From IMG/VR virus record IMGVR_UViG_3300023078_000005, positions 1 to 31,985 of that record: DNA of 31,985 nt; one strand, given 5' to 3'. The number at the start of each line of letters is the position of its first letter. Position 1 is the first letter of the stretch. Origin of the DNA: a virus (lineage: Duplodnaviria > Caudoviricetes). This document shows, one piece after another, positions 23,475-31,985 of the stretch. The position numbers were made by a program, and so were the translations under genes. The notes below the pieces were generated by a model. It was not told the DNA's origin. It did no database searches and was given only the letters and a program-made list of their open reading frames with translations.

Positions 23475-24147
23475 CAACCAAGGTACGACCCAGGATCTCC
23501 TGGATGGTCGTGCCGCGACGTACGGACCACGAGTGCAGAACATGGACTCGATGGCCAGGATGGTCAACGCGTACCTGGACGCCGTCGAGGTTCGCACCGG
23601 CAAGCGGGAGCTGGCTGGCGAGGACTTCGCCATGATCATGGTCCTGTACAAGGTGTACCGCTTCGGCGCGACGCCGGACTACCGGGACAACATCGCGGAC
23701 GTCTTCGGCTACGCTCAGATCGCTGAGGAGTGTGTCGGGGACCGCATGATCGAGGCGGGGTCGGCTAAGGAGTACCAGCAAATTAAGGCGGAACGTAGTC
23801 TGGAGACCAAGGAAGAGGCTGCTAGCGCGTTCTACGCAGAGGTCTCAGCTGCTGAACACAAGGCAGCGATCGAGAGGCTGCTGAGGCCGTGGGGGGCGCG
23901 TGGACCGATGGACACGGACGCAAAGACCGAGGCTCCAGGTATCATCCGCCTGCCCGACACCAAGCCCTTCGGGGGCTGGGAGATCCAGCTGGCGATGGCC
24001 TGCATGGAGTGCGGGCTAGAGTTCGTCCACATCGAGTACCTCAACGAGCTGGAGCCGGCGCCACCGGAGCTAGACGTCGAGTGCCACTGCCCGCGTGGAC
24101 ACCTCCACAAGGATACCTTCACCTGGAACGGTGAGAAGTATGAGTGA
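23467..24147 (+). CDS. DUF6378-like all-alpha domain plus C-terminal Zn-ribbon
   Basis: R...YG....N...A....AYL...D.A..M...K..R...DN..D..GYA pattern; C-terminal CMEC...CHCPRGH; AAGGAGG SD. Confidence 0.65.
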   Translation: MADNQGTTQDLLDGRAATYGPRVQNMDSMARMVNAYLDAVEVRTGKRELAGEDFAMIMVLYKVYRFGATPDYRDNIADVFGYAQIAEECVGDRMIEAGSAKEYQQIKAERSLETKEEAASAFYAEVSAAEHKAAIERLLRPWGARGPMDTDAKTEAPGIIRLPDTKPFGGWEIQLAMACMECGLEFVHIEYLNELEPAPPELDVECHCPRGHLHKDTFTWNGEKYE

Positions 24148-25426
24148 TGACGGCGTCGAGCTCTCGGACTGGGAGCTGGCGCTGCTAGGCGGCGGCTACA
24201 TCCCGATCCGAGAGGAGGTGAACACCTGCCTCGCGAACGGGGGTGTCAGGCTCTTCGACTATCAGGCGGAGCTGTTAAAGTGGGAGTGGGATCAGCGGGC
24301 TCAAGCCGCGCCCAACCTCCGCATCTGTCTGTACTACAAGACCGGTGCGGGCAAGACGCTCACAGCGCTCCTCGCCGTCAAGGCGGCGGGGTACGACAAG
24401 GTGCTCGTCGTCACGCCGCCAGCGACGGACTGGTCATCGGCAGCTGAGCTCCTCCAGATGGAGATCGAGTGTATCTCGCACGAGATGTTCAGGAGCAAGA
24501 ACTTCAGGCTGATCCGGTCTAAGACCAAGGGCGACACGCCAATTATCTTCGACGAGTTCCACAAGCTCGGTGGTCACACCGGTGCTGGGTGGACGAAGGC
24601 GGAGAGGGCCTGCAGGTCTCTCAAGGCTCCGGTAGTACTGTGCTCGGCGACGCCGAACTACAACGCCGCCGAGCGGGTCTACTGCGTGGGGAAGATCCTC
24701 CACCCGTACGCCTTTGAGGGTGGGTACATCGAGTTCTTGTACCGACACTGTGAGACCCGGCAGAACCCGTTCGGGCAGACGCCGGAGGTCGTGGGGTTCC
24801 TGAAGTACGAGTCGGCAGAGGAGTTCCTCGCCGACATGGAGAGGGTCTTCTACGTCCCGGACGACCTGGTCTACTCGATCAACGACATCCTGTTCGACGT
24901 GGACCTCGGCGAGGTGTTCGAGGACTACAACCTCAACACCCGCAAGGAGAGGTTCATGGCCAGCCGCCTGGAGAAGGAGCACGCCCGCGCTATGGCGCAG
25001 CGGTTCCACCCGGACGGTAGGATCAGGCAAGAGCTCTGGGACGCGCTAGAGCAGATGGTGGGCGAGGTGGCGACACCGACCCTCATCTACTGTCAGTCCG
25101 CAGAGATCGCTGAGCAGCTCCACGAGGTGCTCTACAGGAGTGACGTCAGCGTCGCCCTCCTGACCGGCAAAAAGTCGGGCAAGGAGAAGCGCGCGATCAT
25201 CGCCGAGTTCATCAACGGTGACTACGACGTGCTCATCGGGACGGCTACTCTCGCTACGGGAGTGGACGGCCTCGACAAGGTGTGCGACCAGCTCATCATC
25301 TTCCACGACATCGTGGGCGACGACGCGCTTCGACGCCAACTCATCGGTAGAATTATGCCGAGAGGCGCTGACACGGACACGTCTCGCAAACTGGTTCACC
25401 GCTTCATCTTCCAACCGGACGCATAG
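24140..25426 (+). CDS. Superfamily 2 DNA helicase
   Basis: YQ Q-motif, TGAGKT, DEFH, SAT, TGVD, QLIGRIMPR. Confidence 0.9.
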   Translation: MSDDGVELSDWELALLGGGYIPIREEVNTCLANGGVRLFDYQAELLKWEWDQRAQAAPNLRICLYYKTGAGKTLTALLAVKAAGYDKVLVVTPPATDWSSAAELLQMEIECISHEMFRSKNFRLIRSKTKGDTPIIFDEFHKLGGHTGAGWTKAERACRSLKAPVVLCSATPNYNAAERVYCVGKILHPYAFEGGYIEFLYRHCETRQNPFGQTPEVVGFLKYESAEEFLADMERVFYVPDDLVYSINDILFDVDLGEVFEDYNLNTRKERFMASRLEKEHARAMAQRFHPDGRIRQELWDALEQMVGEVATPTLIYCQSAEIAEQLHEVLYRSDVSVALLTGKKSGKEKRAIIAEFINGDYDVLIGTATLATGVDGLDKVCDQLIIFHDIVGDDALRRQLIGRIMPRGADTDTSRKLVHRFIFQPDA

Positions 25427-25472
25427 TGGGTGGGGTCAGCAACCGCTGGCTTTTCCAGGAGAAGAGGAAGTG

Positions 25473-25628
25473 ATGGCCGAGACCGAGAAGAAGGATCCAA
25501 TGGCTGCTATAGTCGAGCGGATCGAGCGGGCTGCGGCTAAGGATGACACGACACCGGAGGACGCGCGGGAACACCACGCGCAGACGATGTTGCTCATCCA
25601 ACAAGTCAAGGCTTTGCGAGCTGGTTAA
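25473..25628 (+). CDS. Small hypothetical protein (51 aa)
   Basis: GAGG SD; MAETEKKDP...ALRAG. Confidence 0.7.
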   Translation: MAETEKKDPMAAIVERIERAAAKDDTTPEDAREHHAQTMLLIQQVKALRAG

Positions 25629-25631
25629 ACA

Positions 25632-25696
25632 AGACGGCCCCCCAGGTTAGATAGGAACCTGGGGGGTCGTTTCCCCTACTACAAGGAATCGCAATG
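25632..25696 (+). promoter_or_regulatory. Conserved leader element copy 2
   Basis: 17-bp stem at 25632-25648/25656-25672 (two G-U), loop AGATAGG, then CCCTACTACAA and ATCGCAATG. Confidence 0.7.
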
Positions 25697-27091
25697 ACTA
25701 ATATAACCACTCAAGAGAGTCTGAAACTGGCGGCCATGCTCCCTGCTGCCAAGGGGCTGGTGAAGCACGGCCACGACATTTACCAATCTGTACACTGGGA
25801 GGACGAGCTCCACAACGCGACGATTCCTGCTGAGGAGCGTATCTGGAAGAAGCTGAACCTGTCAGCTGAGGGTGGCGACATCCGTGCCTTCGTTGAGGAG
25901 TATGGCTACCACTTTCAGAACGCAGAGTCCTACAAGAACTTCCTGTTCCAGCTACGAGGTAGGCTGCTCGAAGCACCGGGGTCTCCGGACACCGTGCTGA
26001 TCAAGGCAGACACCCTCCTGCAGCTGGGTGTCGACGGCAAGCTCGTCTTGCCCGACGGAGAGTTCAAGAAGAACTACATCAGGGTGCCGCTCAACGAGGA
26101 CCCGGAGGTCATTCGAGAGGTGTTCGACGTCTTCACCGACTGGCTCGGTAGTGACGTCGTGGCACACTCGCTGCTGCACCACCTGGCGACCGCTCTGGCG
26201 CCGGCGTGGACACCGGTCAAGTACGTGATCCTCATTGGCGAGGGCAGTAACGGCAAGTCAATTCTGTTGACGATGCTGGAGAAGCTCTTCGGCAAAGAGA
26301 ACGTGTCGAGAGCGAGCAGGCAGGCGATCTCAGCCGGTCGGCCGCTCATCGCGGGGCTCAACCACTCCCTCATCAACATCGTGGGGGACGGTTCAGCAGA
26401 GCGGATCACCGACTCCTCGAACGAGAAGGCGCTGACCGCTGGCGAGCCCATCTGGATCGAGAAGAAGTTCGAGAACGACCCCATCGAGATCCAGACGAAC
26501 GCTCTGTTCATCGAGGCTCTCAACCGGGAGCCGAACAACCGCGAGGACTCGTACGCGATGGACCGCCGTCTCGTACGGTTTGCCTTCAACAAGCGGTACG
26601 CGGCGAACGAGTCGTTCAGGCGACGGATGCTGAGCGACGAGGTCCTAGGAGCATTACTCATGCTGCTCATCGAGCACTACGTCCTCCCGTCGGAGGCCGC
26701 AGAGAAGCTGGTGCAGACCCAGGAGTCACTGTCGCTGCAGGCGGAGCACAAGCTGCACTCGTCGCGGGTGCTGCAGTTCCTCGTCGAGGACCAGTCCGCG
26801 GTCCTGCAGGACCTGGTCGACAAGAAGACGAGGCGAGTGCTGGAGAGCAGCATGGTCACGGCATACCACGTCTGGCTGGGTAACAAGAAGTACAACTTCT
26901 CCCGGACAGAGGCGATGCTAGACCTTCGGACAGTGTTCGAGCGCAAGAAGACCACGCGGGGCGTGGACAAGACGATCGACTACAACTACACCGCCATCAA
27001 GGACACGATGGCCCGAGACATCGCGATGCTGCTGCAGCACGCGAACGAGGAGAACGATGACATCATCAACGCCGTGGTGGGAGACGAGTAA
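25694..27091 (+). CDS. SF3 (D5/P4-alpha-like) replicative helicase
   Basis: Walker A GEGSNGKS, KALTAGEPI.IEKKF, motif C ALN, AMDRRL. Confidence 0.9.
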   Translation: MTNITTQESLKLAAMLPAAKGLVKHGHDIYQSVHWEDELHNATIPAEERIWKKLNLSAEGGDIRAFVEEYGYHFQNAESYKNFLFQLRGRLLEAPGSPDTVLIKADTLLQLGVDGKLVLPDGEFKKNYIRVPLNEDPEVIREVFDVFTDWLGSDVVAHSLLHHLATALAPAWTPVKYVILIGEGSNGKSILLTMLEKLFGKENVSRASRQAISAGRPLIAGLNHSLINIVGDGSAERITDSSNEKALTAGEPIWIEKKFENDPIEIQTNALFIEALNREPNNREDSYAMDRRLVRFAFNKRYAANESFRRRMLSDEVLGALLMLLIEHYVLPSEAAEKLVQTQESLSLQAEHKLHSSRVLQFLVEDQSAVLQDLVDKKTRRVLESSMVTAYHVWLGNKKYNFSRTEAMLDLRTVFERKKTTRGVDKTIDYNYTAIKDTMARDIAMLLQHANEENDDIINAVVGDE

Positions 27092-27896
27092 CTACGCCCT
27101 AAACACCGTCGTACCGGCGGACTTCATGGACTTCGTGGGCCCTAACGGCTTCGCGATCCTAAAGGCGTGGCAGAACGGCAAGACCCAGCCTGGCTGGGGC
27201 AGGGACTCGTTCATGTTCAACTACGAGAGCGGGGAGTTCCTCTTCGCGGGTACCAAGGTATCTGGGTACGCCGCGAAGAGATTCAACCTCGCGCTCGTCA
27301 TGCGGTCGGTGCGACTCATCTGTGTCGACATCGACGGTAAGAACGATGGTAACGTCGGGGTTCGTCAGTTGTTCCTGAACGACTTCCCGACGACATCCGA
27401 GATCAGCAAGAGTGGTAATGGTTACCACCTGTTCTACTCAGTGCCAGACACCTGGGATGCCAAGTACGGCTTCGAGGCCTATGACGACGTTATCGGCATT
27501 GAGAAGGGGGTAGACATCAGGGGAACTGGCTGTGTCTACCACCACCCGCAGCAGCGCTGGAACGACGTGGAAGTCTCTCCAGCGCCGCAGCACCTGTTGG
27601 ACCGCGTTACCGAGAAGCACCGTAGGACGGCGCTCACCAAGCAGCGAACCGCTGCGATCAGCACCATGACAACAGAGGAGAAGCTCATGCTCACCGCAGA
27701 ACTCAGGGGAGAGCTCGCCAAGCCGATCAAGGCTGGCAAGCGCAACGTCACGCTGTACGCCCTCGGGCACCAGCTCAAGGAGGCCGACGTCGACGACTGG
27801 GAGAAGATGATCCAGGAGAAGGGGCGGCAAATCGGTCTTCCCGATGAGGAGGTCGACAAGATCATCGAGAACGTTCTGACCTACGCGAAGCCGTAG
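27057..27896 (+). CDS. Bifunctional primase-polymerase (AEP prim-pol) with PriCT-like C-terminus
   Basis: CVDIDGK, SKSGNGYHLFY, GVDIRG, GKRNVTLY. Confidence 0.9.
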   Translation: MTSSTPWWETSNYALNTVVPADFMDFVGPNGFAILKAWQNGKTQPGWGRDSFMFNYESGEFLFAGTKVSGYAAKRFNLALVMRSVRLICVDIDGKNDGNVGVRQLFLNDFPTTSEISKSGNGYHLFYSVPDTWDAKYGFEAYDDVIGIEKGVDIRGTGCVYHHPQQRWNDVEVSPAPQHLLDRVTEKHRRTALTKQRTAAISTMTTEEKLMLTAELRGELAKPIKAGKRNVTLYALGHQLKEADVDDWEKMIQEKGRQIGLPDEEVDKIIENVLTYAKP

Positions 27897-27915
27897 TCGC
27901 TGACGTTACTCCTGG

Positions 27916-27958
27916 TAGGGGCATCATTCACTTCGGTGGATGGTGCCCCTATTTTTTT
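27916..27958 (+). terminator. Intrinsic terminator
   Basis: 16-bp stem with cTTCGg tetraloop followed by T7. Confidence 0.9.
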
Positions 27959-27963
27959 AGGGC

Positions 27964-27969
27964 TAGAAT
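27964..27969 (+). promoter_or_regulatory. -10 box for a probable leaderless transcript
   Basis: TAGAAT 6 nt before ATG 27976, no SD, directly after the terminator. Confidence 0.55.
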
Positions 27970-27975
27970 GAGCCT

Positions 27976-28518
27976 ATGACTGAAGACACAGAGTTGAAGC
28001 TCGTCCACGAGCGGCACGCCGCGATGGCGGAGCTGTTCCAGAGCAACGCGGGGCCGGAGCGGGAAGCGACCGAACTTAAGCAGTTGCTCGTGGACAGGAA
28101 GGCCAGGGACAGGATGCCCCTGACTCGGGAGAAGTTTGTGATCAAAGAGGATCCCGAGCTGGTCCAGTGGGAGCGGGAGGTTCGCCTGTTCCTGTCGCAG
28201 CTGTCTCAGACCAGTGCCCACCGAATCTCGGCGGTCATGATCTTCGAGTGGGCGACGGGAATCAGCGTGACCGACCATCTAGCTGACGGTAGGAAGAACA
28301 AGGGACGCCCGAAGAAGTCGGAGTTGCGGGTACTGGGGCACCTGCGAGCTATCAACAAGCTCCTCACCGCGTACTTCGGCCAGTCGTACAAGACGCAGAT
28401 TGCCAATCGCCCCATTGGGAAGGCGTACAGGAAGCCAGTGGGCTGGGCCATCAGGGAACACAGGCCAATCACCATCACGCTGTACGCGGAGTGGCTGACA
28501 AAGACGCTCGAAGTATGA
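27976..28518 (+). CDS. Basic hypothetical protein, possible DNA-binding (180 aa)
   Basis: Coding-like bias, K/R-rich C-terminal half, ATGA overlap with the next ORF. Confidence 0.8.
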   Translation: MTEDTELKLVHERHAAMAELFQSNAGPEREATELKQLLVDRKARDRMPLTREKFVIKEDPELVQWEREVRLFLSQLSQTSAHRISAVMIFEWATGISVTDHLADGRKNKGRPKKSELRVLGHLRAINKLLTAYFGQSYKTQIANRPIGKAYRKPVGWAIREHRPITITLYAEWLTKTLEV

Positions 28519-28742
28519 TCGAGCGACTACCACCGGAGGACAGGGTCCTGCCGGTCACGAAGGATCCTCGCGGGTTTGAGAGGCACAGGGTCGGCTGCAA
28601 GTGTGCTGACTGCCGCGCCCCAGGGGCTGCGAAGAAGAAGGCTGCCCGGAGGTTGTACGACCGCCGCGCAGATCGAGAGGGCCGCCCACGGGCCTGGGAA
28701 GAAGGAAGAAAAACGGAAGATAAAACCCCTGGTAAAGGGTAG
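28515..28742 (+). CDS. Small basic protein with CxCxxC motif (75 aa)
   Basis: GCKCADCR; ATGA coupling. Confidence 0.7.
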   Translation: MIERLPPEDRVLPVTKDPRGFERHRVGCKCADCRAPGAAKKKAARRLYDRRADREGRPRAWEEGRKTEDKTPGKG

Positions 28743-28898
28743 TTCTTCCGGTTCTTCCAGTTCTGCAATCAAACGTATGGGTTATGAATTGAAGAACCCG
28801 TTAAATAAGGGCTGGAAGAATGGAAGAATAGGAAGAATAGTATTTTATTAGGGGCTTTGTCTTCCAAATTTCTTCCGTCCGGTCGACGACCGGAAGAA
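28694..28898. repeat. Second GGAAGAA repeat cluster at the convergence of transcription
   Basis: 28741-28782 matches 11440-11481 at 39/42. 28858-28879 is the exact reverse complement of 11400-11421. Multiple GGAAGAA copies; hairpin at 28878-28894. Confidence 0.9.
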
Positions 28899-28899
28899 T

Positions 28900-29175
28900 C
28901 TACACGAGGAGAGGCCCCTCGGAAACGATCTCGTCCTCCTGTGCGCCGCCCTCTAGCCGCGTGAGCAGCAGCTGGATAGAGTTCAGGTCAGCCCCCATGA
29001 CGGCCTGCAGGATGATCGTGGCCGCGAGCTGGTCTTCCCAGTCGCCGGAGTTCTTCCACACCGACTGGACGGTACCGAGCCGCTGCATCCACAGCCACCG
29101 GAGCCGGGTGTCGACGCTGCCCCTGTGCTCTGGCGGGATGGACTGCCGGAACTTGCTGGTGACGATCTCTGTCAC
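28900..29175 (-). CDS. Small protein, terminase small subunit-like candidate
   Basis: GTGA overlap; C-terminal QAVMGADLNSIQLLLTRLEG. Function is inference. Confidence 0.7.
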   Translation of the reverse strand: MTEIVTSKFRQSIPPEHRGSVDTRLRWLWMQRLGTVQSVWKNSGDWEDQLAATIILQAVMGADLNSIQLLLTRLEGGAQEDEIVSEGPLLV

Positions 29176-29459
29176 TTCTTGATCTCCGCTGTCGTGAGGT
29201 CGTGGAACTCCACGGACTCCTTCTTCATGACCACGGGGTTGGTGCCTGGCCGGCGGGTACCAACGCGGCGGTCGAGGATCATCTTCTGAGCCCTGGTCGC
29301 CTTCGACATACCACCGCGCACCTTGGCGTTCGGGTGCTTGGCGATGTCGAACAGGATCTGGGGGATGGCCTCGTAGACCTTGGTCTCGACGGTGATCTCG
29401 GCGACACGGGGGTTGTCCGTGTACGCCTGGAGTGCCTGCCTAATACTGACGTACGCCAC
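29172..29459 (-). CDS. Small protein, terminase small subunit-like candidate
   Basis: GGAGG SD, overlaps the TerL end; RAQKMILDRRVG. Function is inference. Confidence 0.7.
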   Translation of the reverse strand: MAYVSIRQALQAYTDNPRVAEITVETKVYEAIPQILFDIAKHPNAKVRGGMSKATRAQKMILDRRVGTRRPGTNPVVMKKESVEFHDLTTAEIKK

Positions 29460-30900
29460 TTCTCCACACCTCCGACCAGTCCTCTACATAGTCTATCGCG
29501 CTCGTGCGGCTGGTGTCGTGGAACGAACCACTGAAGAAGTCGAGGTCCTGTGTAGCCTGGACAGCGTACCTGAGCGCGTCCATCATGTGCGAGTACTTGT
29601 CGTGCCTCGGTCGCGGTGACCACTCCTGCATCTTGCTGTTGAACTCGTACTTGTAGTTCTCCATGCAGTCGAGGAGGTGGTCACAGTTGGTCTTGTGGAC
29701 CACGGTGTTGTAGAGCGCCATGCGGGTCTTCTGGATGTCGGTGATCTCATCGATGCCTCCCTGGCCTCGGACCTTCCAGACGGCTGACGAGCGGGCGAGC
29801 ACCGACACGGAGTGGAACTTGGTCTTCACCATGTCCGCCGGCGTCGTGTTGATCGCGGTCTCATGATGTTCGGCATCCCACGGCAGGATGATCGTGGCCA
29901 GCTTGGCGAACCACGGCTTCAGTCGAAGGTCGTCGACGTAGTCGGGGAGAGCCTTGCCGTGCCCCTCGCCACAGTCGAAGAGGAACAGCTGGGCGTTGAT
30001 CCACTGGAAGGCGATCCAACTGGTCGCGTCCGACTGGGCGCCGGAGGAGCCGATGTCGAACACCACGTAGACGGGGTGGGCCGGGTTCAGGTTGAAGTCG
30101 TGGATGCGGTGGTCGCGCTCCATCTGCATGTAGGCTTCACCGTAGACAGCAGCAGCGTCCATCTCCTCGAACGAGCAGTAGTACTCCTGCTCGAACATGC
30201 GGTCGTTGCCGAACTGCTTGAGGTAGTAGTCGCGCGCCTCTTCCAGCTCGAACTGGCTGAGGACTGGCTGCAGCCCCTCGGCGACCATCATGGCGTTCAG
30301 GTCGTCGATGGTCCTGATGAGGATGCCACCGTAGTCCTTGCCCTCGATGGACTGCATGAGCTTCCACAGCGGATTCTCGCGCTTACCACGGGGAGTGCTC
30401 ACCACCATGAGGCGCTTGTTCTCGCGCGGGTTCATGATGATGGGCATCAACCTGGGGATCGGGTTCTCCCGGTCGAACAGAGCTAGCTCCGTGAAGGTAT
30501 AGTCCTGGAACGCCGTGCCGACGCCGTTCTTGTCGCGGCCGTTCTGAAAGAAGCCCTCCAGCTTCAGCCGGCTCATGTTAGAGAACCGGCCCTCCATGAC
30601 GGTGTCCCGCCAGGTGACTAGTTCTTCTGGAACGTTGTCCTTGAGCATCCGCACGTACACCTCGTTGTCGAGGTACGTCTTGTCCCACAAGATGTTGCGG
30701 ATCATGGGCGAGTCGGGGGCGATGTAGACCCCGGTGGTCTTCGGCGTCCGGAGTCTCGCCTCGCACTGCTCCATCGACGCGCCCACGTCCTTACCAGTCT
30801 GTCGGGGTAGTACGCAGATGCTGACCCGCTTGGAGCGGAACAGCGTGTGCATCTCAGCCTGGTAAGGACGCGGCCGGTAGTGAACCGGGAAGATGGCCAC
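29440..30900 (-). CDS. terL: Terminase large subunit
   Basis: PRPYQ adenine motif, Walker A PRQTGKD, Walker B YTFTE, motif III VVSTP, FEQEYYCSF, nuclease FDIG...D and SHMMDALRY. Confidence 0.92.
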   Translation of the reverse strand: MAIFPVHYRPRPYQAEMHTLFRSKRVSICVLPRQTGKDVGASMEQCEARLRTPKTTGVYIAPDSPMIRNILWDKTYLDNEVYVRMLKDNVPEELVTWRDTVMEGRFSNMSRLKLEGFFQNGRDKNGVGTAFQDYTFTELALFDRENPIPRLMPIIMNPRENKRLMVVSTPRGKRENPLWKLMQSIEGKDYGGILIRTIDDLNAMMVAEGLQPVLSQFELEEARDYYLKQFGNDRMFEQEYYCSFEEMDAAAVYGEAYMQMERDHRIHDFNLNPAHPVYVVFDIGSSGAQSDATSWIAFQWINAQLFLFDCGEGHGKALPDYVDDLRLKPWFAKLATIILPWDAEHHETAINTTPADMVKTKFHSVSVLARSSAVWKVRGQGGIDEITDIQKTRMALYNTVVHKTNCDHLLDCMENYKYEFNSKMQEWSPRPRHDKYSHMMDALRYAVQATQDLDFFSGSFHDTSRTSAIDYVEDWSEVWRSGVRQY

Positions 30901-31895
30901 TAGATCCTCAGATTGCCTGGGGCACCTGGTAGCGTGTTGAACAGGGCTTCGAGATCCTCGGCGTCCTTGTCTCCACCGCTGCTGTTGCCCGCCCTGGACT
31001 GGATGCCCGCCTGTGGCGGGTCAGCGGCGGGTGAAGCAGCCGGAGCGGCAGCAGAGGGGGTCGCCCCCGCTCCGGCTACAGGTGTGGGCGTTGTAGCGCC
31101 GAGCTTCTGTCGGAGAAAGCCAATCATCGGCTGGACCTCGATGGAGTAGCCGAGCAGCTTGCCGTCGAGCCTGAGCTCGTAGGGCTTCGCCATCGTGGCA
31201 AAGTCGTCGGCCAGTTGCTTGTTGAACTGCTTGGTGCCTGGTACTAGGTCGGGGTTCGAGCGGAAGAGCTCGACCGACTGGCTCAGGGTGACCTGCAGGT
31301 CTCGGGCAGACTCCATGCTGGCGTCGACGCGGGCGTTGAACTCGTTGTCCAGGATGGACTTCAGGTGAGCCTGCCAGTCGGCGGCCTGCTGACTGTCCTT
31401 CAGGACGATCGTCTTGTCGTCGATGAGCGACGGCACTTCCTTGCCGATGAGGGCTCGGGGGTGCTCGCGGATGGCGTTGATCTGCGGCTGCATGTCCTGC
31501 ATGAACTGCTCGTTCACGATCTGCTGGTGGCTGTTCTCGAAGGCGACCTCTATGCCCTCGTGGAGGTTTCCCCAGTCGTCGTCGGTGATGGAACCGGCGT
31601 CGAGCTGCCAGTCAGCGGGGCGCTCTGCCCACTCTCGTGCCAGGATTTGCTGTCGCTCATCTCCTGGAGTTGGTACTGGAGTTGCTTCGCCTTCTGCTCC
31701 AGGCTGACCTCCAGGAGTAGTTGGCTGTCCAGCAACCGGGAGAGCAGGATCGACCGCTGGCGCTCCCGCGACTGGCGCCGCAGGGTCCGTCTCAGGGACG
31801 AACTGAGCCATGATGTCCGCAAAGCCAGTGTCATCGCTATCCAACTCCGGGAGCGGAGTGGGAACAACCTCACCCGATTCAACATCAGACATCAC
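30900..31895 (-). CDS. Acidic, Pro/Ala-linker-rich protein, capsid scaffold-like
   Basis: 331 aa, helical core with disordered acidic termini, next to TerL; start at GTG 31895 or ATG 31892. Confidence 0.7.
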   Translation of the reverse strand: MMSDVESGEVVPTPLPELDSDDTGFADIMAQFVPETDPAAPVAGAPAVDPALPVAGQPTTPGGQPGAEGEATPVPTPGDERQQILAREWAERPADWQLDAGSITDDDWGNLHEGIEVAFENSHQQIVNEQFMQDMQPQINAIREHPRALIGKEVPSLIDDKTIVLKDSQQAADWQAHLKSILDNEFNARVDASMESARDLQVTLSQSVELFRSNPDLVPGTKQFNKQLADDFATMAKPYELRLDGKLLGYSIEVQPMIGFLRQKLGATTPTPVAGAGATPSAAAPAASPAADPPQAGIQSRAGNSSGGDKDAEDLEALFNTLPGAPGNLRI

Positions 31896-31985
31896 AGGCT
31901 CCCTTGGTACTCATTGAGGGATTCGTGCATAGCTTCCTTCTCGCCCTCAGCAAAGCGGAACTGGATCTCGTCCAGGTGGGCGATG
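31892..31985 (-). CDS. 3' end of an upstream gene (partial)
   Basis: ...IAHLDEIQFRFAEGEKEAMHESLNEYQGSL*; its TGA overlaps the next start. Confidence 0.7.
   Translation of the reverse strand, partial: IAHLDEIQFRFAEGEKEAMHESLNEYQGSL

Noticed and set aside
29812-30486. 224-aa + ORF
   Set aside because: Antisense shadow of the terminase gene.

Overview
About 32 kb of a high-GC tailed-phage genome. Gene content and layout resemble, from memory, the podoviral Microbacterium phages (clusters EK/EM) that carry one giant virion gene; the host and cluster assignment are inference. (1) <1-10229 (-): a single uninterrupted ORF of at least 3,409 codons, missed by the ORF track because it runs off the window edge. 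It has an N-terminal Gly-zipper, ejection-protein-like region, a beta'-type R-x-P...GADHDGD motif and, about 2,200 aa later, a beta-type GNK-x8-K motif. It is a candidate virion-packaged two-barrel RNA polymerase with unusual beta'-then-beta order. (2) 10230-11930: a divergent AT-rich control region with one isolated basic ORF, a long-T terminator and a GGAAGAA repeat/palindrome cluster. (3) 11939-28742 (+): early and replication genes: membrane proteins, Orn-like exonuclease, degenerate HNH, nucleotidyltransferase, AAA+/vWA pair, SSB, Cas4-like nuclease, PolA, RuvC-like resolvase, SF2 and SF3 helicases, prim-pol. (4) 28690-28900: a second copy of the repeat cluster. (5) 28900-31985 (-): two TerS-like small ORFs, large terminase, a scaffold-like protein and a partial ORF. 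All calls come from reading motifs by eye; no searches were run.
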